A DNA stretch of 64,000 nt from Eledone cirrhosa (Eukaryota). Shown in pieces: positions 40,885 to 55,436 of the stretch (position 1 is the first letter of the stretch; each line of letters opens with the position of its first letter). Location of the stretch: contig OZ024743.1 in the NCBI GenBank assembly GCA_964016885.1, positions 288,610,001 through 288,674,000 on the forward strand, in the 5' to 3' direction. The notes below the pieces were generated by a model. That model ran no database searches and was not told where the DNA came from. It worked only from the letters and a program-made list of their open reading frames with translations. The position numbers and the translations under genes were made by a program.

Positions 40885-41808
40885 TTTTACATGTCTACCA
40901 GCCTTCTAGACTGACTGGACACGGATCTAAATGCTATAAGTCAATGAGGGATTTGTATATGGAAAAAATAGAATTGAACTTTGTAGATGAAAAACTAGAG
41001 TTATTGCTACAGACGCTACACGGAACCAGTAGAAGAACTGACCTGAAATTTAAATCATAAATATAGGCTGGAACAACCTTGAAGAATTACAGACTGATAA
41101 CAAAAAAATATATATATATTATTTCAAATGTGGAAACAGAGATAAGAGAAATATAGACTAGTCGTAGAATTATATACGAACCATTTAGTGTAAAACAATC
41201 AAATAAAAGAAAACATAATGAAAGTACACTCACTACAAGCGCATTAGGTTAATATTGACAATAGTGCTAAGTACCAAAAGGTGATGGACACTGTAGTGAT
41301 ATGTGTTGTGTCTTGGGTATTTCAATATAGCGGAAGCCAGTCGGTTACTTCAAGATAAACAGAAGAGAATTTGAGAGAGAGAAAGAGAAGAAAATAAGTA
41401 CTGGTGTTGATATGTTCAACTAAATCCTAGCCTCGACGCAATCTAACGCCTGTAACATGTAAAAGAATATAAGAATAAATTCTTACAGAGAAAGAGAAAT
41501 GAAGATTACAAATGTTCATCATAAAACTTTGAAAATAAAAATTACGACGGAAGATTACCGGTATTTGTTGTGGCTCTGTGCGATATGAATTTAAATTCGG
41601 TCACTTATACATATATTCATGCATATATACGTTAATAATACTTTCCGACCACTACTAAGAACACGATCAATACTGCACTTATTTTGCAAATTCTTAGTCC
41701 GAATCTTTGAATGGCTCGAAACGAAAATAGATATGAATTTTCGAATGCTATACCAATAAGGAAATGTGAACAATCCTTAATAAAAAGGTTCTAGCTGGAA
41801 TACGGGTG

Positions 41809-41889
<81 letters not shown>

Positions 41890-42046
41890 AATTAGTCTCT
41901 CATCGGTGATTTGCCAACCATCATTGATATTTCAATGTGCGTGCGTGTGTTTAACTGAATACGTACGTGTAATTTCTTTTCTCATTTTTTTCCCGTCCCT
42001 ACCTCTTTTCATTTCTTTCTATTACATCTTTTATTTCTAATTCTAC

Positions 42047-42080
42047 CTTCTGATGAAGGACTAGTGTCCGAAATCTTAAG
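42047..42080 (+). ncRNA. Minimal hammerhead-like motif in a pyrimidine-rich repeat (~41975-42150)
   Basis: CTT-CTGATGA-A-GGAC-TAGT-GTCC-GAAA-TC-TT-AAG. Confidence 0.55.
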
Positions 42081-42189
42081 ACTCTTTTCATATTTTAAGG
42101 GTTAAGCTAATACATTTCTTCATTAAACTGTGTTTTGTTACTTCTGTCAAAGATTTACATATATCATGTGTATATATATATATATATAT

Positions 42190-42366
42190 ATTGTTTCTAC
42201 TTTAGGCACAAGGCCAGCAATTACCCAGTGCATTACTGGTACTTTATTTTATCGACCCCGTAGGGATGAAAGGCAAAGTCAACCTCGGCGGGATTTGAAC
42301 TCAGATCGTAAAGGGACGTAACTATGCTGGAAAGCATGGCGTCCGACACTCTACTGATACTGCCAA
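42190..42366 (-). mobile_element. SINE copy
   Basis: Near-identical to 56254-56435. Confidence 0.85.
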
Positions 42367-42401
<35 letters not shown>

Positions 42402-43917
42402 TATATGTGTGTGTGCGCGCGCGCACACCTACACACACGTACATACAAACATACATGCATACACATTAATACTTAACGGAATATAAATACACAAATATTC
42501 CGTATTCAATGGCGAAAAACTGTTTAAATTTTCATGTTATATTTCTATATTTTGTGCTACTTTCCTATTCTGGATATTTAGGGTAGGGTCGGTTTGGTTG
42601 AACTACAACTAAGTGTAGTCTAAAAATAAAGAATATAATTATAAAAGGAATTTTTTCTCTAATCATGCTTAGAAACAACGCCCTACCTATTCAATGAAAA
42701 TTTAAAAAAGAACAAAAAAATTGGGAATCAACATATAGTAATATGTAAAAGGAGGATTTGCAAGCGACAGAGAACGTGAAACAGAATGAGTTGCAGTAAG
42801 AGATTTGAGACAGGTCGAAGTCAAGATACCATTTGACTAAATGGAAAAGCAGACGGCATATTTGATGTACAAAATATTTCCTAACCTTTCTCTTTTTCTC
42901 CTTTTCTTTTCCCTTGTTTCATTCATAAAATTTTCGTGCTATAAAATACAACATTTTCACCCTGACGTCACATAAAATTATATGTGTACATGTGATAGCT
43001 TAATTTCTATAAGTTCAAGTTTTGTCTTGTCTCTGGACAGCTCTTTGGCTTTTGTCAGACGCTGCGACCCCTGGTAGACCAGCAGTACCGTTGGTAGGGG
43101 TCTAAACTGTCAAAGTCCATTTTAACGGCCGATAACCCTGGATTTCTGCATCATTCGTCTGTATTTTTATTTCTAAGGTTCCCCCTTTAAAACTGTTTTC
43201 GTTTTGCGTTGTTTTCGGGGTGCCTTGAAACCTTGTGTAGCGCCTTTGCGAATGTGTGCGAGCGAAAGAGAAATCTCTCCCTATATATCTCTCTCTATAT
43301 ATCTCTCTCTCACCCTCTCTCTCTCTCTACCTCGTATATATATATATATATAATATATACAGAGAGAGAGAGAGAGAGGGGGCGAGGGAGAGATAGCTGG
43401 TATATAATGACGATATCAATGTAATATTTAAGTCAGTGCCAATACACCTGCTGTGTTATATTGAACATTATATCAGTTCTTGAAGAAACCCCACTGCTAC
43501 AGGAGTACATAGCAAGATTTAATACGTAATTTGTGTACGGAAAAAAATGTACTTCACTCACTCATTCACACATATACACTGTGTGTCATATATGCATTCG
43601 TATGAATACATACATATATACATACATACATGCATACATGAATACATACGTAGATACATACATATATGCATACATACATACGTATATTGTTATAATGTGT
43701 GAGGGTCTTGTAGCCAATACAAATAGACGCACCAGTTTAGTTTCACTCCAGTATATTATTATTTAAGTAAGTAATCCATTCATCGGTTACTTTAGTAACC
43801 GGTTAGTTGTTTCATTGTTAAAGGTCAAATGACCTTCTTAATGAATATTCTTGCCCCTCTGATTTGATGGAGTAAATAGAACGAAATTATGACCCTTCCA
43901 AATGATAACACACGTGT

Positions 43918-44011
<94 letters not shown>

Positions 44012-45707
44012 AGCTACGCTGTAAATATTAGAACTCTTTTTGACTCAAGAAGCTCATCACTCATATTATTGTCCTGATGCCATGTGATGCTAACATCCAA
44101 TACGATACGACGATAGTCTGTCGCAAAGATAACTCCGAAGATATCGCTACTGTTATTCATTTTTATTTTCGGGTCATTGAACGGGAAGAGCCTGAAATTT
44201 CAGAATACGCCATTCGAGCAGAAACTCAAAATGACGACCTTCCGATTGTGAGCACAATATCCAAATCAATAGGTCAGACGCCTTCACACATTTTGCTTGA
44301 CATGTACCAATACCAATTCATTAGATACAAATGTTTCAAACGTTCAACAGACAAAAAAAAAAAAAATGCGAAAAAAATATACCAGCAAAAAAGAAGCGAA
44401 ACTACACGAAAATAAATGAAATAAAAAACAATAAAATAATCATGGTGTTGTTAGTTTTAAATGGCAGTGTAGAAACTGTCTTTCACATTGAGTGACATTT
44501 TATCTGATTTTTTATTGGTGTTTCCTTTTACTTCTCCGAATAATGAAAGAAAAGAAAAACCTTCTTATTAATGATGAGGTCACAATAATTATGCTTAACT
44601 ATGTTTGGTGTCCAGAGTCTATGAGAAAATCCCCCCTCCCTTCATATCACCTTGACCCTACAAAGATTCATTGTCACTGCTGACTATACAGTAAAATATA
44701 AATATCACGTTCATGATTCGATTGAATTAACCATTCCTACAGACGATCTCATTTAAAATGTATCTCACATTCTTAATCATGAAGTTGATTGGATCATTCC
44801 TTTATTTAGATGATGAACATATAGTTTTTTAGTGACTACGCAATTTATTCAATTACACACTGTAGACTGGAACCCTCACCGAGTAGTTACCAGCTAAGCC
44901 TGGCACTTGTTTCAGGGAGACTCGTCACAATCTGAAGTAATGACTGAAGTCAATATTCTACATAAATATGTACCGTTGTGTTACAAACAATGTCAGATAT
45001 TTGACAGTGTAGTTAGAACATCGGATAGAATGTCATCTAATATTTGGACCGGGTTTCTGAGGGTTTCTCACCGAGGTCAACTTTGCTGTTCACTCTTCTT
45101 TCCGATGTCGATGAAATAAAGTACCAGTATTCAATTTAATCCACTTTCCCATGCTCTTAAATTGTTTATTTCGTGCCTAAATCACATATTATTGTTATTA
45201 TTGTATATGTAATTTCAGATAATATAATTATTGTTATTGTTTTATTTTATCTTATTATAGAAAACATGTGGTGAAGGACGGGAAATAGTTTCAGGAATAT
45301 CAAGATTGTATCAATCATTTTCAGCCTCAAACAAATGAAACCAAAGCCAAAGAATGAGGCTTTGGGTAGTCTTTCTATCCACTAGAAATGGCAGCCAAAT
45401 GTCCTTGAAGAAATATCCTTGAGATACATTGTACAATGTGTCTGGGTAGACTCTCATTGAAGAAGATGTTCCGACGAATCAAGGAAGATAGGTTCGAAAC
45501 GGTTTCCGTGTCCATTCATTTATGCACGAGCGTGCAAAATCCATATTGTACGTAATGCGACCCTGTATTAATCAACTACAAGTTATGGTCGTGATGAATT
45601 ACGCGCACTCATTAACAGAGAGAGAGAGAGAGAGAGAGAGAGTAAGAGAGAGAGAGAGAGTAAGAGAGAGAGAGAGAGATGTGTTTATATGTACATGTAT
45701 ATATAAT

Positions 45708-45786
<79 letters not shown>

Positions 45787-46674
45787 ATGTTTGTTTGTAT
45801 GTATGTACGTATGTATATACATACAATTATAACAATATTTGCAGAGAGGGAATAAAAAGACCGAACAACCGAACAACAACAGCTGCATCATATAAAAGCT
45901 ATATCGATGTGTAAAACTCCCCGGCAAATTTGCTCGTTTCTCTTCTCTATCTGTCATTAAATACAATCAATAAGACAACATTGATTAAGATTCTTTTTGT
46001 CTTGTGTGTCATTCGACGAAATCGATTTTTGTCTCGCTCCCTTCACTGTTGCTCGTTCTCTCGTCATTTCTGGTGCAATGTGTGATTGCCTGCTGGTCGT
46101 TGTAGTTGCATGCAACCAATCAACAGTAAATTTGTTGATTTCTACAACTTACTATTGCTACTAGTGTTGTACAAGCATTGCTGCTACTGTTATTGTTGTT
46201 GTTTGAGCAATAATATAAAGCCTTTGGCATATTAACATTTCGACTGTGGATTACAAAGCTTGAGTCGCTGATGATGTGTATTATACAAAGCTTTTCGGCA
46301 AGGTTGCAATATGCACAAGTCTGATGAGTGGGTTATCATGCTGTTATTGGAGGTTAACTCCTGGCCAAATGTGTTGCAATTGACCAAATATTTTCCAAGT
46401 TTTTTCCGTGTTTGTACCGAGTCTTGAAATTCTACGCTCATATACCGTCGTAGTCAACTTCCCCATTCATACTGGTGCTACCATACTGGTTCGATATTAT
46501 CAACTAACCCCCTTCACCCAAATTTATAAAAATTTATATTAAAACTCATTGGGCAAAGTCACACCCTTTTACCTTCTGAGTTGTTCAAATCCCACCAAAA
46601 TCGTTAGTGCTTTTCAATATTCCGATGTTGTTGAATAGGCAAAAGTGCCGACATTTGAATGAATTTTATGCATC

Positions 46675-46739
<65 letters not shown>

Positions 46740-46881
46740 GATAGTTAGATAAATATAACAAAAAATTCGATTGACCAATGAAATTTAACTGTTACATAAG
46801 TCATAAAAGTACCACGCCTCCATGACGTCTACACATGCACTTCTACCAACCCACCATTGCGATACATTATATCACACACAG

Positions 46882-46916
<35 letters not shown>

Positions 46917-46980
46917 TACATACACATATACACACACACACACATACACACACATACACTCACATACACTCACACACACT

Positions 46981-47054
<74 letters not shown>

Positions 47055-48288
47055 TAAAACATTGACAAATTGAAAACATATTTTAAAAAAATAAGCATGA
47101 ATTGAAGATTTGTCTAGTCTGTAAAATATATCGAACATTTAGTCAGAACTCCTGGAAGATTATTCAACGATGCTATATTCAGAGAAATATCATTATAGAA
47201 ATCCTGTAACATATTAAACCAAAATATAGCGGGCGCCACAACCAAAATATTTCTTAGTTGCCGAAATTAAAGTTGACGACAGTAGGCAGTAAATTTAATG
47301 TTTATTGATAAGCAACGAAGAGATAATGTTTAAAATTATTCAGTGAATAGAATTCTATATAATCATTCATTCGGCTAAAAATGGTAGCTGAATGTCTAGT
47401 AGGTCATCATCTGTAGTTCGAACGCCGAATACTCCAGTTGTTCGGCTGGTGTTGATTAAACACAATTATGAATTCTACGAGTTGGACATGCTCTTTCAGC
47501 ACACGTCCTTCGTCACCCACCAAAGTTAAACGTTCACCATTCGTTCCACTGAGAACATGAAGAGACAAGCAAATAACTGAAATCCTTATGACGAAACGAC
47601 TTACTATACCAACACACTATTCATCCACAACGCTCCAGATTGGCATATTAAGATTATACATATGTGTATATTTCAAGATGGCCGAGTAAAGACAAAACGT
47701 ACATTATCTCCCTATTTACCCTCTCACTATGTCTTGTGTATTCCGTTTACGTCGATCTCTTCCAAACGGCATCACTACTTTCTCTAACATACTTTAAAGG
47801 ATTAGCGTCGGAAATGTTAAATCACAATTCTAACTCTATAAGAGTTAAACACTTATACGATCCTTGTATCGTATTGTTCTTGTGTGTTATTTCCCCTTCA
47901 TGTATGTATATATGTATGTATGTAAGTATGATTTTTTTTCACCAAGGAGTGAAAGCCCACAGTTGTTATTACAACACCTTTCTAGGAGAGGGAAACTCTG
48001 AAAAAAGACCTGCGGCTTCGGAAGCATCCGATGATGTTGACCAGTTCTCCTTTTCGGGTAGTGTTTCCGACGCACAGGCATTGCTTGTTCAGGATATGTT
48101 GCAGGTTCATGTGGCTGGTCGTGGCCTAAAAGTGCATGTAACTCTATAATCTGACAAGCGATTGTAATAATCTTAGCAGAGTTTGCAGCCATCCTGTATG
48201 TATGTATGTATGTATGTATGTAAACTTTGCATGCATGTATATGTATGTAAATATACACACACATATATTTAGAGATAATTAGAGATAA

Positions 48289-48329
<41 letters not shown>

Positions 48330-48875
48330 GCGATAGATATACAGATAGGTAGATAGATTGATTTATGCATGCATATCTATATGTCTCCGCATGATCTTGG
48401 GTGCGTTTGTTTCAGTAATATTATCTATTATGTGTACGCTCTGACAGCTTTCTTTGCATAATTATTACCGAACAATATGATAGATATTATTGTGTATTGA
48501 TCAAAATTTTTCACATATATATATATTCATATGTATATAAAGTCACAAAAACTGTTTCAATGTTGTGAAGAAACCGAATATTACATATGCTGTCTGATAA
48601 TAATGGGTTATGTACTAGTAAGAATAACATATCAGCAGCAAAACAATAACAACAACAACATGCCCAATATATGCAAATGTCTATATAGGTAATTTTGCTC
48701 GTGTCATCTAAAACCTAATTAAACATTCCACTCCATATAATTCTCCCTTTGTGCTCTCACTAAGAAAAGCTGAAACATACTATTCTATTGCTATTCTAGT
48801 TAGGCTAGCATTTCTGAAATGTACGTTAATTACATGTAAAATTAGTTACACTGTGCTAAGTGATTAACTTATACA

Positions 48876-49006
<131 letters not shown>

Positions 49007-49160
49007 CGGCAAAGCTGTACCAGTGAGTTGAGTGCCATGAGTCATGTGATTAAGCATAGCATTTGAAACGATTTTAAACAGTGCGCTCAAGCATCAGTAA
49101 CCAGGTATGTTATAAAACATAGAACAATCTACCATGTATTGAGTCGTGGTTCTCCTGTTA

Positions 49161-49232
<72 letters not shown>

Positions 49233-49239
49233 GGTCCTT

Positions 49240-49272
<33 letters not shown>

Positions 49273-49817
49273 ATCTATCTCTGTATATATATATATATAC
49301 GCATATGTGTATGCATATAGATATATATGTACGCGTGTGTGAGTGCGTGTAGACGTGTGTGTGTGTGTCCGTGAATCATTGGTTCACAGACTCGTTCAAC
49401 GGTGATGATTCTGTTGGTCAATCAACAGGATTACCTACTTCTTAAAATATAAGTGTCCTATTATTCCTTAGACAGAGGTATTCAGAATGAAATTCTGTCT
49501 CTGACCAGGTCACAAAAAGTGGACCGAAAATTAGAATAACATGTTATATTTAAAATGTAAATATGACAAATATATATATATATGTATGTACAATGATATT
49601 AAATAAATGGAAAATGTCTGTATATACACCGAACACGAAAAGCACGAAATGAGATCTATGAGAAATATGCACGAAAGTGCGTCTTACGTTTCGGATGTTC
49701 AGTTATCACAAAAATTTAAATAACAGAATTATCAATGAGAGGGAGGGGAAGAGGAAGAAAAGCAAAGTTAAAAGGGAAATACACATATGTATATGTAAGT
49801 ATATGTATGTATGTATC

Positions 49818-49863
<46 letters not shown>

Positions 49864-49922
49864 ACGGCGATGAATTAGTTTTGCGAGGTTTTTTATATGA
49901 AATCGTGTGTCGAAACAAATAT

Positions 49923-50396
49923 TGTTATACTTGGAGGGGGTCATATTTGTGTTATATTGCCAGAATTAATAACAGAACACACTCACTGTTTGGTTGGTTT
50001 TCGCTTTTCGCTTCTGTGTCTTTTATATCGGTAATCTAATTTATTCGGTCCTCAATGTTGCCATTGACTGACCAACGGTCAAAAATAATGTTTATATCAA
50101 CAGACTAAATAAAGATGGCGTAGGCATACAATGTAACGGGAGGAAACAATAGCACCACTGACGATGTTGCAGATGTGCAACGAAAGAACTTTGATAAACT
50201 ATATATATGTGTTTGTGTCTATATTGTATCTGTATTATTTTTGACCGTTGGTCAGTCAATGGCAACATTGAGGACCGAATAAATTAGATTACCGATATAA
50301 AAGACACAGAAGCGAAAAGCGAAAACCAACCAAACAGTGAGTGTGTTCTGTTATTAATTCTGCCAATATTACACAAATATGACCCTCCCCAAGTAT

Positions 50397-50400
<4 letters not shown>
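49923..50400. mobile_element. Fold-back element: ~167-bp inverted arms (49923-50089 / 50234-50400) around a spacer containing a hammerhead motif (50153-50195, + strand)
   Basis: The arms are near-perfect reverse complements (TGTTATACTTGGAGGGGGTCATATTT... / ...AAATATGACCCTCCCCAAGTATAACA). The spacer has CTGACGA-T-GTTGCA-GATG-TGCAAC-GAAA-GAAC-TT. Homologous to 20135-20410. Confidence 0.8.
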
Positions 50401-50481
<81 letters not shown>

Positions 50482-50590
50482 TACATATATGTATATATAC
50501 ATATATATATCAGAGAAATAAGAAAAAAAGTAGAAAATGTTGATAGGATTTTCTCATAGAATAAAAGCAAAACATTTAAAAAAAGTAATT

Positions 50591-50658
<68 letters not shown>

Positions 50659-50728
50659 GTAGGAGGTGAGTTTTGATTTAAAACTGCACTATCCACAAGT
50701 GTTTTTTAGCCTTCATATCATGTTCTCC

Positions 50729-50799
50729 TGTTTTATCTGATGAAAACACAAATATTATTGCATGATGATGTTTGTTTTTGAAATGCGCATAATAAAATA
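50729..50799 (+). ncRNA. Apparently intact type I hammerhead ribozyme motif with palindromic stem/loop III
   Basis: Stem I TGTTTTAT/ATAAAATA. CTGATGA at 50737-43. ~16-bp stem II (50744-59/50764-79) with one mismatch and three G-U pairs. GAAA at 50780-83, then TGCGCA, then TA (predicted cut after 50791). Lies in a ~175-bp island between (TA)n tracts. Confidence 0.72.
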
Positions 50800-50834
50800 C
50801 ATGGAACTCCTTTAACCATCTTTTGATCTTATAT

Positions 50835-50905
<71 letters not shown>

Positions 50906-51499
50906 CGCACACACAGACAATAAAATTTGTATAGCATTCTAGCATCTTCAAATTTCAACAGGATTTCAGACGTTTTCCAGTACGAGTGTACGTCTATGTA
51001 TATCTATATTTGTCATTGTGTATCTTTGTATGCCTATGTATGACAGAATCACTATGTTTGTCTGAGTGTGTGGTTTAAGCGAGGGATTATGTGTACATAG
51101 GTGTGAGCTTGGATAAATGTCAGTGTATACAGGTGTTGTGCGTGCATGAGTGCGTGTTTGTGTGTGTGCATATGTCGTTGTGTGTGTGTCTGTCTGTCTG
51201 TGTCAGTGTGTGTGTTAGTGTGTGTGCGTGCGTGTGTGCCTGTGTATGTGTGTGTGCATGTATTTAATGAATAACACACCTCTGTTTAATTGAATAACAC
51301 CTGCTCAAGGCGTTGCAATAATAAATGTCTCGATAATTCGTTCATTCAATAACCGTAACACATCAATCTTGTTGATGAGTTTGTTATCAACGTCTCATCA
51401 TAATATTTTGTGTATATGTGTGTGTGTGTATCTCTATGTGTATGTGTGTGTGAATGCGTCGTGATATAAACACACACACATACTCACACTCAGACACAT

Positions 51500-51624
<125 letters not shown>

Positions 51625-52989
51625 CGCCCGTGTGTGTGTACTTTTCGATATGGATTCCTCTGTATTTATGTGTATGCGTATATGTATAAGTATGTTTACC
51701 TGTGTTCTCAAATAAACAATTACAGGGCCTACAAAAAAAAGGCAATGGATTACAGCCCGGATGCAGAAAGTATATACGTATGTAAGTATATGTGTCTGAA
51801 TTTTTCGTAGATAAACGTAATCATTTTGACTACATAATATTATATTTCACGGCTATATACTTATTCTTATGTGTCTAGAATCTAGATTCTAGTTAATTAC
51901 AGAGGACGCTGCATGTCTTTTCGTTTAAGTAGTTCACTTCACGAATACGAGGTTCCGGATTTCACCCCACTGCGTGGAAGCTTGGGCAAGAGTCGTTTTC
52001 CATAGCTTCTGATTGATTGAAACTTGTTAGTTAAATTAGGTAAACGGAAAGTGTTTGAAAAATTATCCGATGGTATCTACATGTATATTCAAAGGATCAA
52101 CCTTTTGACCAGTGTCATGCTGAATCTCTCTGAGAGATACATTAAGGCTCCATATGACTGTGAAATACTCAACCCCACGATTCATTTAAGTGATTTACGA
52201 CTAGGCCGTTCTGTTTACTGAACAACTGAAACATTGGTTGTCGAAAGCGATAGATGTTCTCTTATATTTTCCGTATTATTATATCATAGTTGATTCTTGT
52301 TCGTTGTAGCTCACATTATCCATTGGACTTAATGCCGATTGGTAAAGTGAAACATTTAAAAGCCTAAATGGTGATCATTTTAGAAAACGTTTGACAATAT
52401 TGACCACAATTTTCTATATAATTTCCCTCGCGTGCCCATAATGAACACATTTGAGTAACCGATTATAGATTCTTGAAAATATAAAATGTGTATTCTATTT
52501 TAATATGAAAGAGAACAAAATGTTTGAAAACATTCGTAAATATGTCATGTTTGTTTAGAGTCTTTAATAACATGTTAGCCACTGGTAATAGCAGTAAACT
52601 CAGAGATCAAAGTAGTATATCGCCACAGATAAGGTGTGATTTGGCAGAATAATTAGAACACCGAATAAAAGGTTCTAGAGTATTTAGTTATGATTCGTTT
52701 AGTTCAAATATCACCGAGGTCAATTTTGCTCTTCATACAAAAATAAAGTACTAGTAAAAAACTGAGGATGACGAAATCAACGTATCCATCCCCACCTTCG
52801 AATAAAGTTAGTGTTGGGCCGATATTAGAAATCAATATACTGCCATAGATAAACATATAGTCACTAGCTACTAACGACCTTCTTTTAAAGCCCACACAAC
52901 CATTCCAAAGATGACACCTGAAAAAATAATGTTGCCGTTGTTTTTCTTTTCGTTTTTGTTTTTGTTGATATCACGCGTATGTCAAAATC

Positions 52990-53709
52990 GTTTTGCGTGT
53001 CAGCTTTGGCACGCGTGCCATAGGTTTTCCACGCCTAATCTTAACGCCATAAATGTACACTTATTTGTCTCTAATACATAGTTATATGATATTTTTTATT
53101 GTTATATTTTTTTCTATATGGTTATATTATATTTTCCCCTTCATTCTGAGTATATATTATATCTAGAGTACTATATAATGTTTCTGTATAATTATATATA
53201 TATATATAAAACAACAAAGAAAATGTGGTAAGAAACCAGGCGGACCATAACGAACCAAAGTTCTCGATACTTAGGGTAGTAGAGTGGGTAATAGGAAAAA
53301 ATTCAGGACCCCGACGGCTGAGCTCCAGCCGTTTCGACAGCTAGATCTGTTCGGATCTAGCTGTCGAAATGGCCAGAGCTCAACCGTCGGGGTCCTGACT
53401 CTTTTCCTATTACCCACTCTACTCCCCTAAGTATCGAGAACTTTGGTTCGTTATGGTCCGCCTGGTTTCTTACCACACTTTCTTTGTTGTTTTTTATATA
53501 TATATAATTATACAGAAACATTATATAGTTCTCTAGATATAATATATACTCAGAATGAAGGGGAAAATAAAATATAACCATATAGAAAAAAATATAACAA
53601 TAAAAAATATCATATAACTATGTATTAGAGACAAATAAGTGTACATTTATGGCGTTAAGATTAGGCGTGGAAAACCTATGGCACGCGTGCCAAAGCTGAC
53701 ACGCAAAAC
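52990..53709. repeat. ~720-bp near-perfect palindrome centred at 53350/53351. The inner ~53207-53495 is family A copy 4 and the outer arms are unrelated flanking DNA
   Basis: GTTTTGCGTGTCAGCTTTGGCACGCGTGCC... at 52990 is mirrored by ...GGCACGCGTGCCAAAGCTGACACGCAAAAC ending 53709. The centre is CTAGATCTG-TT-CGGATCTAG. Confidence 0.9.
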
Positions 53710-53716
53710 TGACCTT

Positions 53717-53808
<92 letters not shown>

Positions 53809-53989
53809 ATAAATACAACTTCAATATTTTAATATAGTATCTCTATATAATTACATGTGGTATGTCTCTACGGTTATATTCGTTCCATTAAAAAGTGCAA
53901 GAGTACCAAGTCTACATAGTATTTAGGATGCTAAGTTCAATGATTCACTCCATTAAAAGATCCCAAAAGTATTAAAGCAAGAAAACATG

Positions 53990-54980
53990 AAGAAATAAAT
54001 AAACTGCAAAGTGGATTTAGACCCGAAATCGTATTATTAATTCTACAAAGTATGATTGACCGTCTAGCCGTAATCGTTGTGTGATAATGACATCTAGATC
54101 ACAACAAAAACATATTGGGAACAAATAATAATGGTGAGAACTGAAGAAAGATCTGACCCAGAATGTAAAATACAGAATGAAATCAGACAGTCTGCGTACT
54201 ATCCTCTAGCCTATGCAACCTATGTACTCAGAAGATCTGAATAGAAGTTAAAGAAATGCTAGGTGTGTCAAAAAGAAGTGTCAATATCATCTTATATGCA
54301 GAAGATGCGAACATATTCACTTTAAACAGAAGTGACACAGAATGGTTTAAGTGTAATAAATGACAAAAGAATGACTTAGAAATAGAAATAGATGCAAAGA
54401 AAAAATCAATGGCATTCAGAAAGGAACAGCAGCTACAAAACAAATTTAATTGAGGGAAAACAATTGGTCAGACACCGAAGATAATATATCTAGGGTATAT
54501 ATAATCTGAAAACGAATCCAAAAAAAGCAAGGATCAGAAGAAAGATTGCGATAACTAAAAAGTCATATAAAAATGTCTAACAAAATAACATCAAGAAACA
54601 CTAATATCAAAAGAAGAAAAAGATGATTAAAGTATTACTTATGGTCCATTCTACTATATAAAGCTGAAACACGGACATTAATAAAAGTATTATCAAATAA
54701 ATTAAATTAGAAACCTTTGCGATACGGGCATACACAAAACCTTCTGGGAATATCATGGACAGAATACAAAACGAATAAAGAAGTTATAAAAATGGCAAAA
54801 GCCAAGAAACTTTTATTAAACTCAGTCGAAACAAAAAAAAAAAAAGGTTTTAGAGAGACTGTTAATACAAAACAAAATGAATGGAAAAGGGGAAAGCAGA
54901 AAACAAAGATTTGAGATGATGGATAAAATCAAGAATTGGACAGATTTAAGATGGAGTGAATGTATAAGGAAAATGAAAAA
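53990..54980 (+). mobile_element. Highly decayed RTE-like LINE fragment
   Basis: EIRQSAYYPL (GVRQGC-like), NIILYAEDA (YADD-like), YLGYII, WSILLYKAETRTL and LLGISWTEYKTNKEV. Confidence 0.65.
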
Positions 54981-55005
54981 CATACACACACGCACTCTCT
55001 CTCCT

Positions 55006-55047
<42 letters not shown>

Positions 55048-55251
55048 GTTGCAGCTGCAAGTAGCAGATTCGCATCCGATTGAATTTCGAGACTGTCACG
55101 AAGCACTCAATGATAAAGTAATTTAGAAATCGCTTCTCAGTGTGAACACAATAAGTTAGGTTATAGTGACATGATGAATAATGCAACCAGAGGCACATTG
55201 CGGCAATAATACTACAACAACGAAAAATACAGACAGGTTATATAGATATAT

Positions 55252-55436
55252 GAAAGAGTTGGGACCCCGATAGTTGAGCTCATGCCGTTTTAACAGCTAG
55301 TTTGGAACTACTGCTTAAACGGTAAGGACTTAGCTGTCGGGGTCCCAATTCTTTGATATTACCACACTCATATTACCCGAAGTATCGCGTACTCTGGTGA
55401 GTAATGGTCTAGCAGGTCTCTACTACATCCATTTTG
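55252..55436. mobile_element. Fold-back repeat family A, diverged copy 5
   Basis: TTGGGACCCCGATAGTTGAG.. / ..TTAGCTGTCGGGGTCCCAA hairpin followed by a diverged version of the family tail, then (TA)n. Confidence 0.65.

Noticed and set aside
40900-41260. Very old LINE RT fragment
   Set aside because: The resemblance is only vague and no intact motif supports a call.
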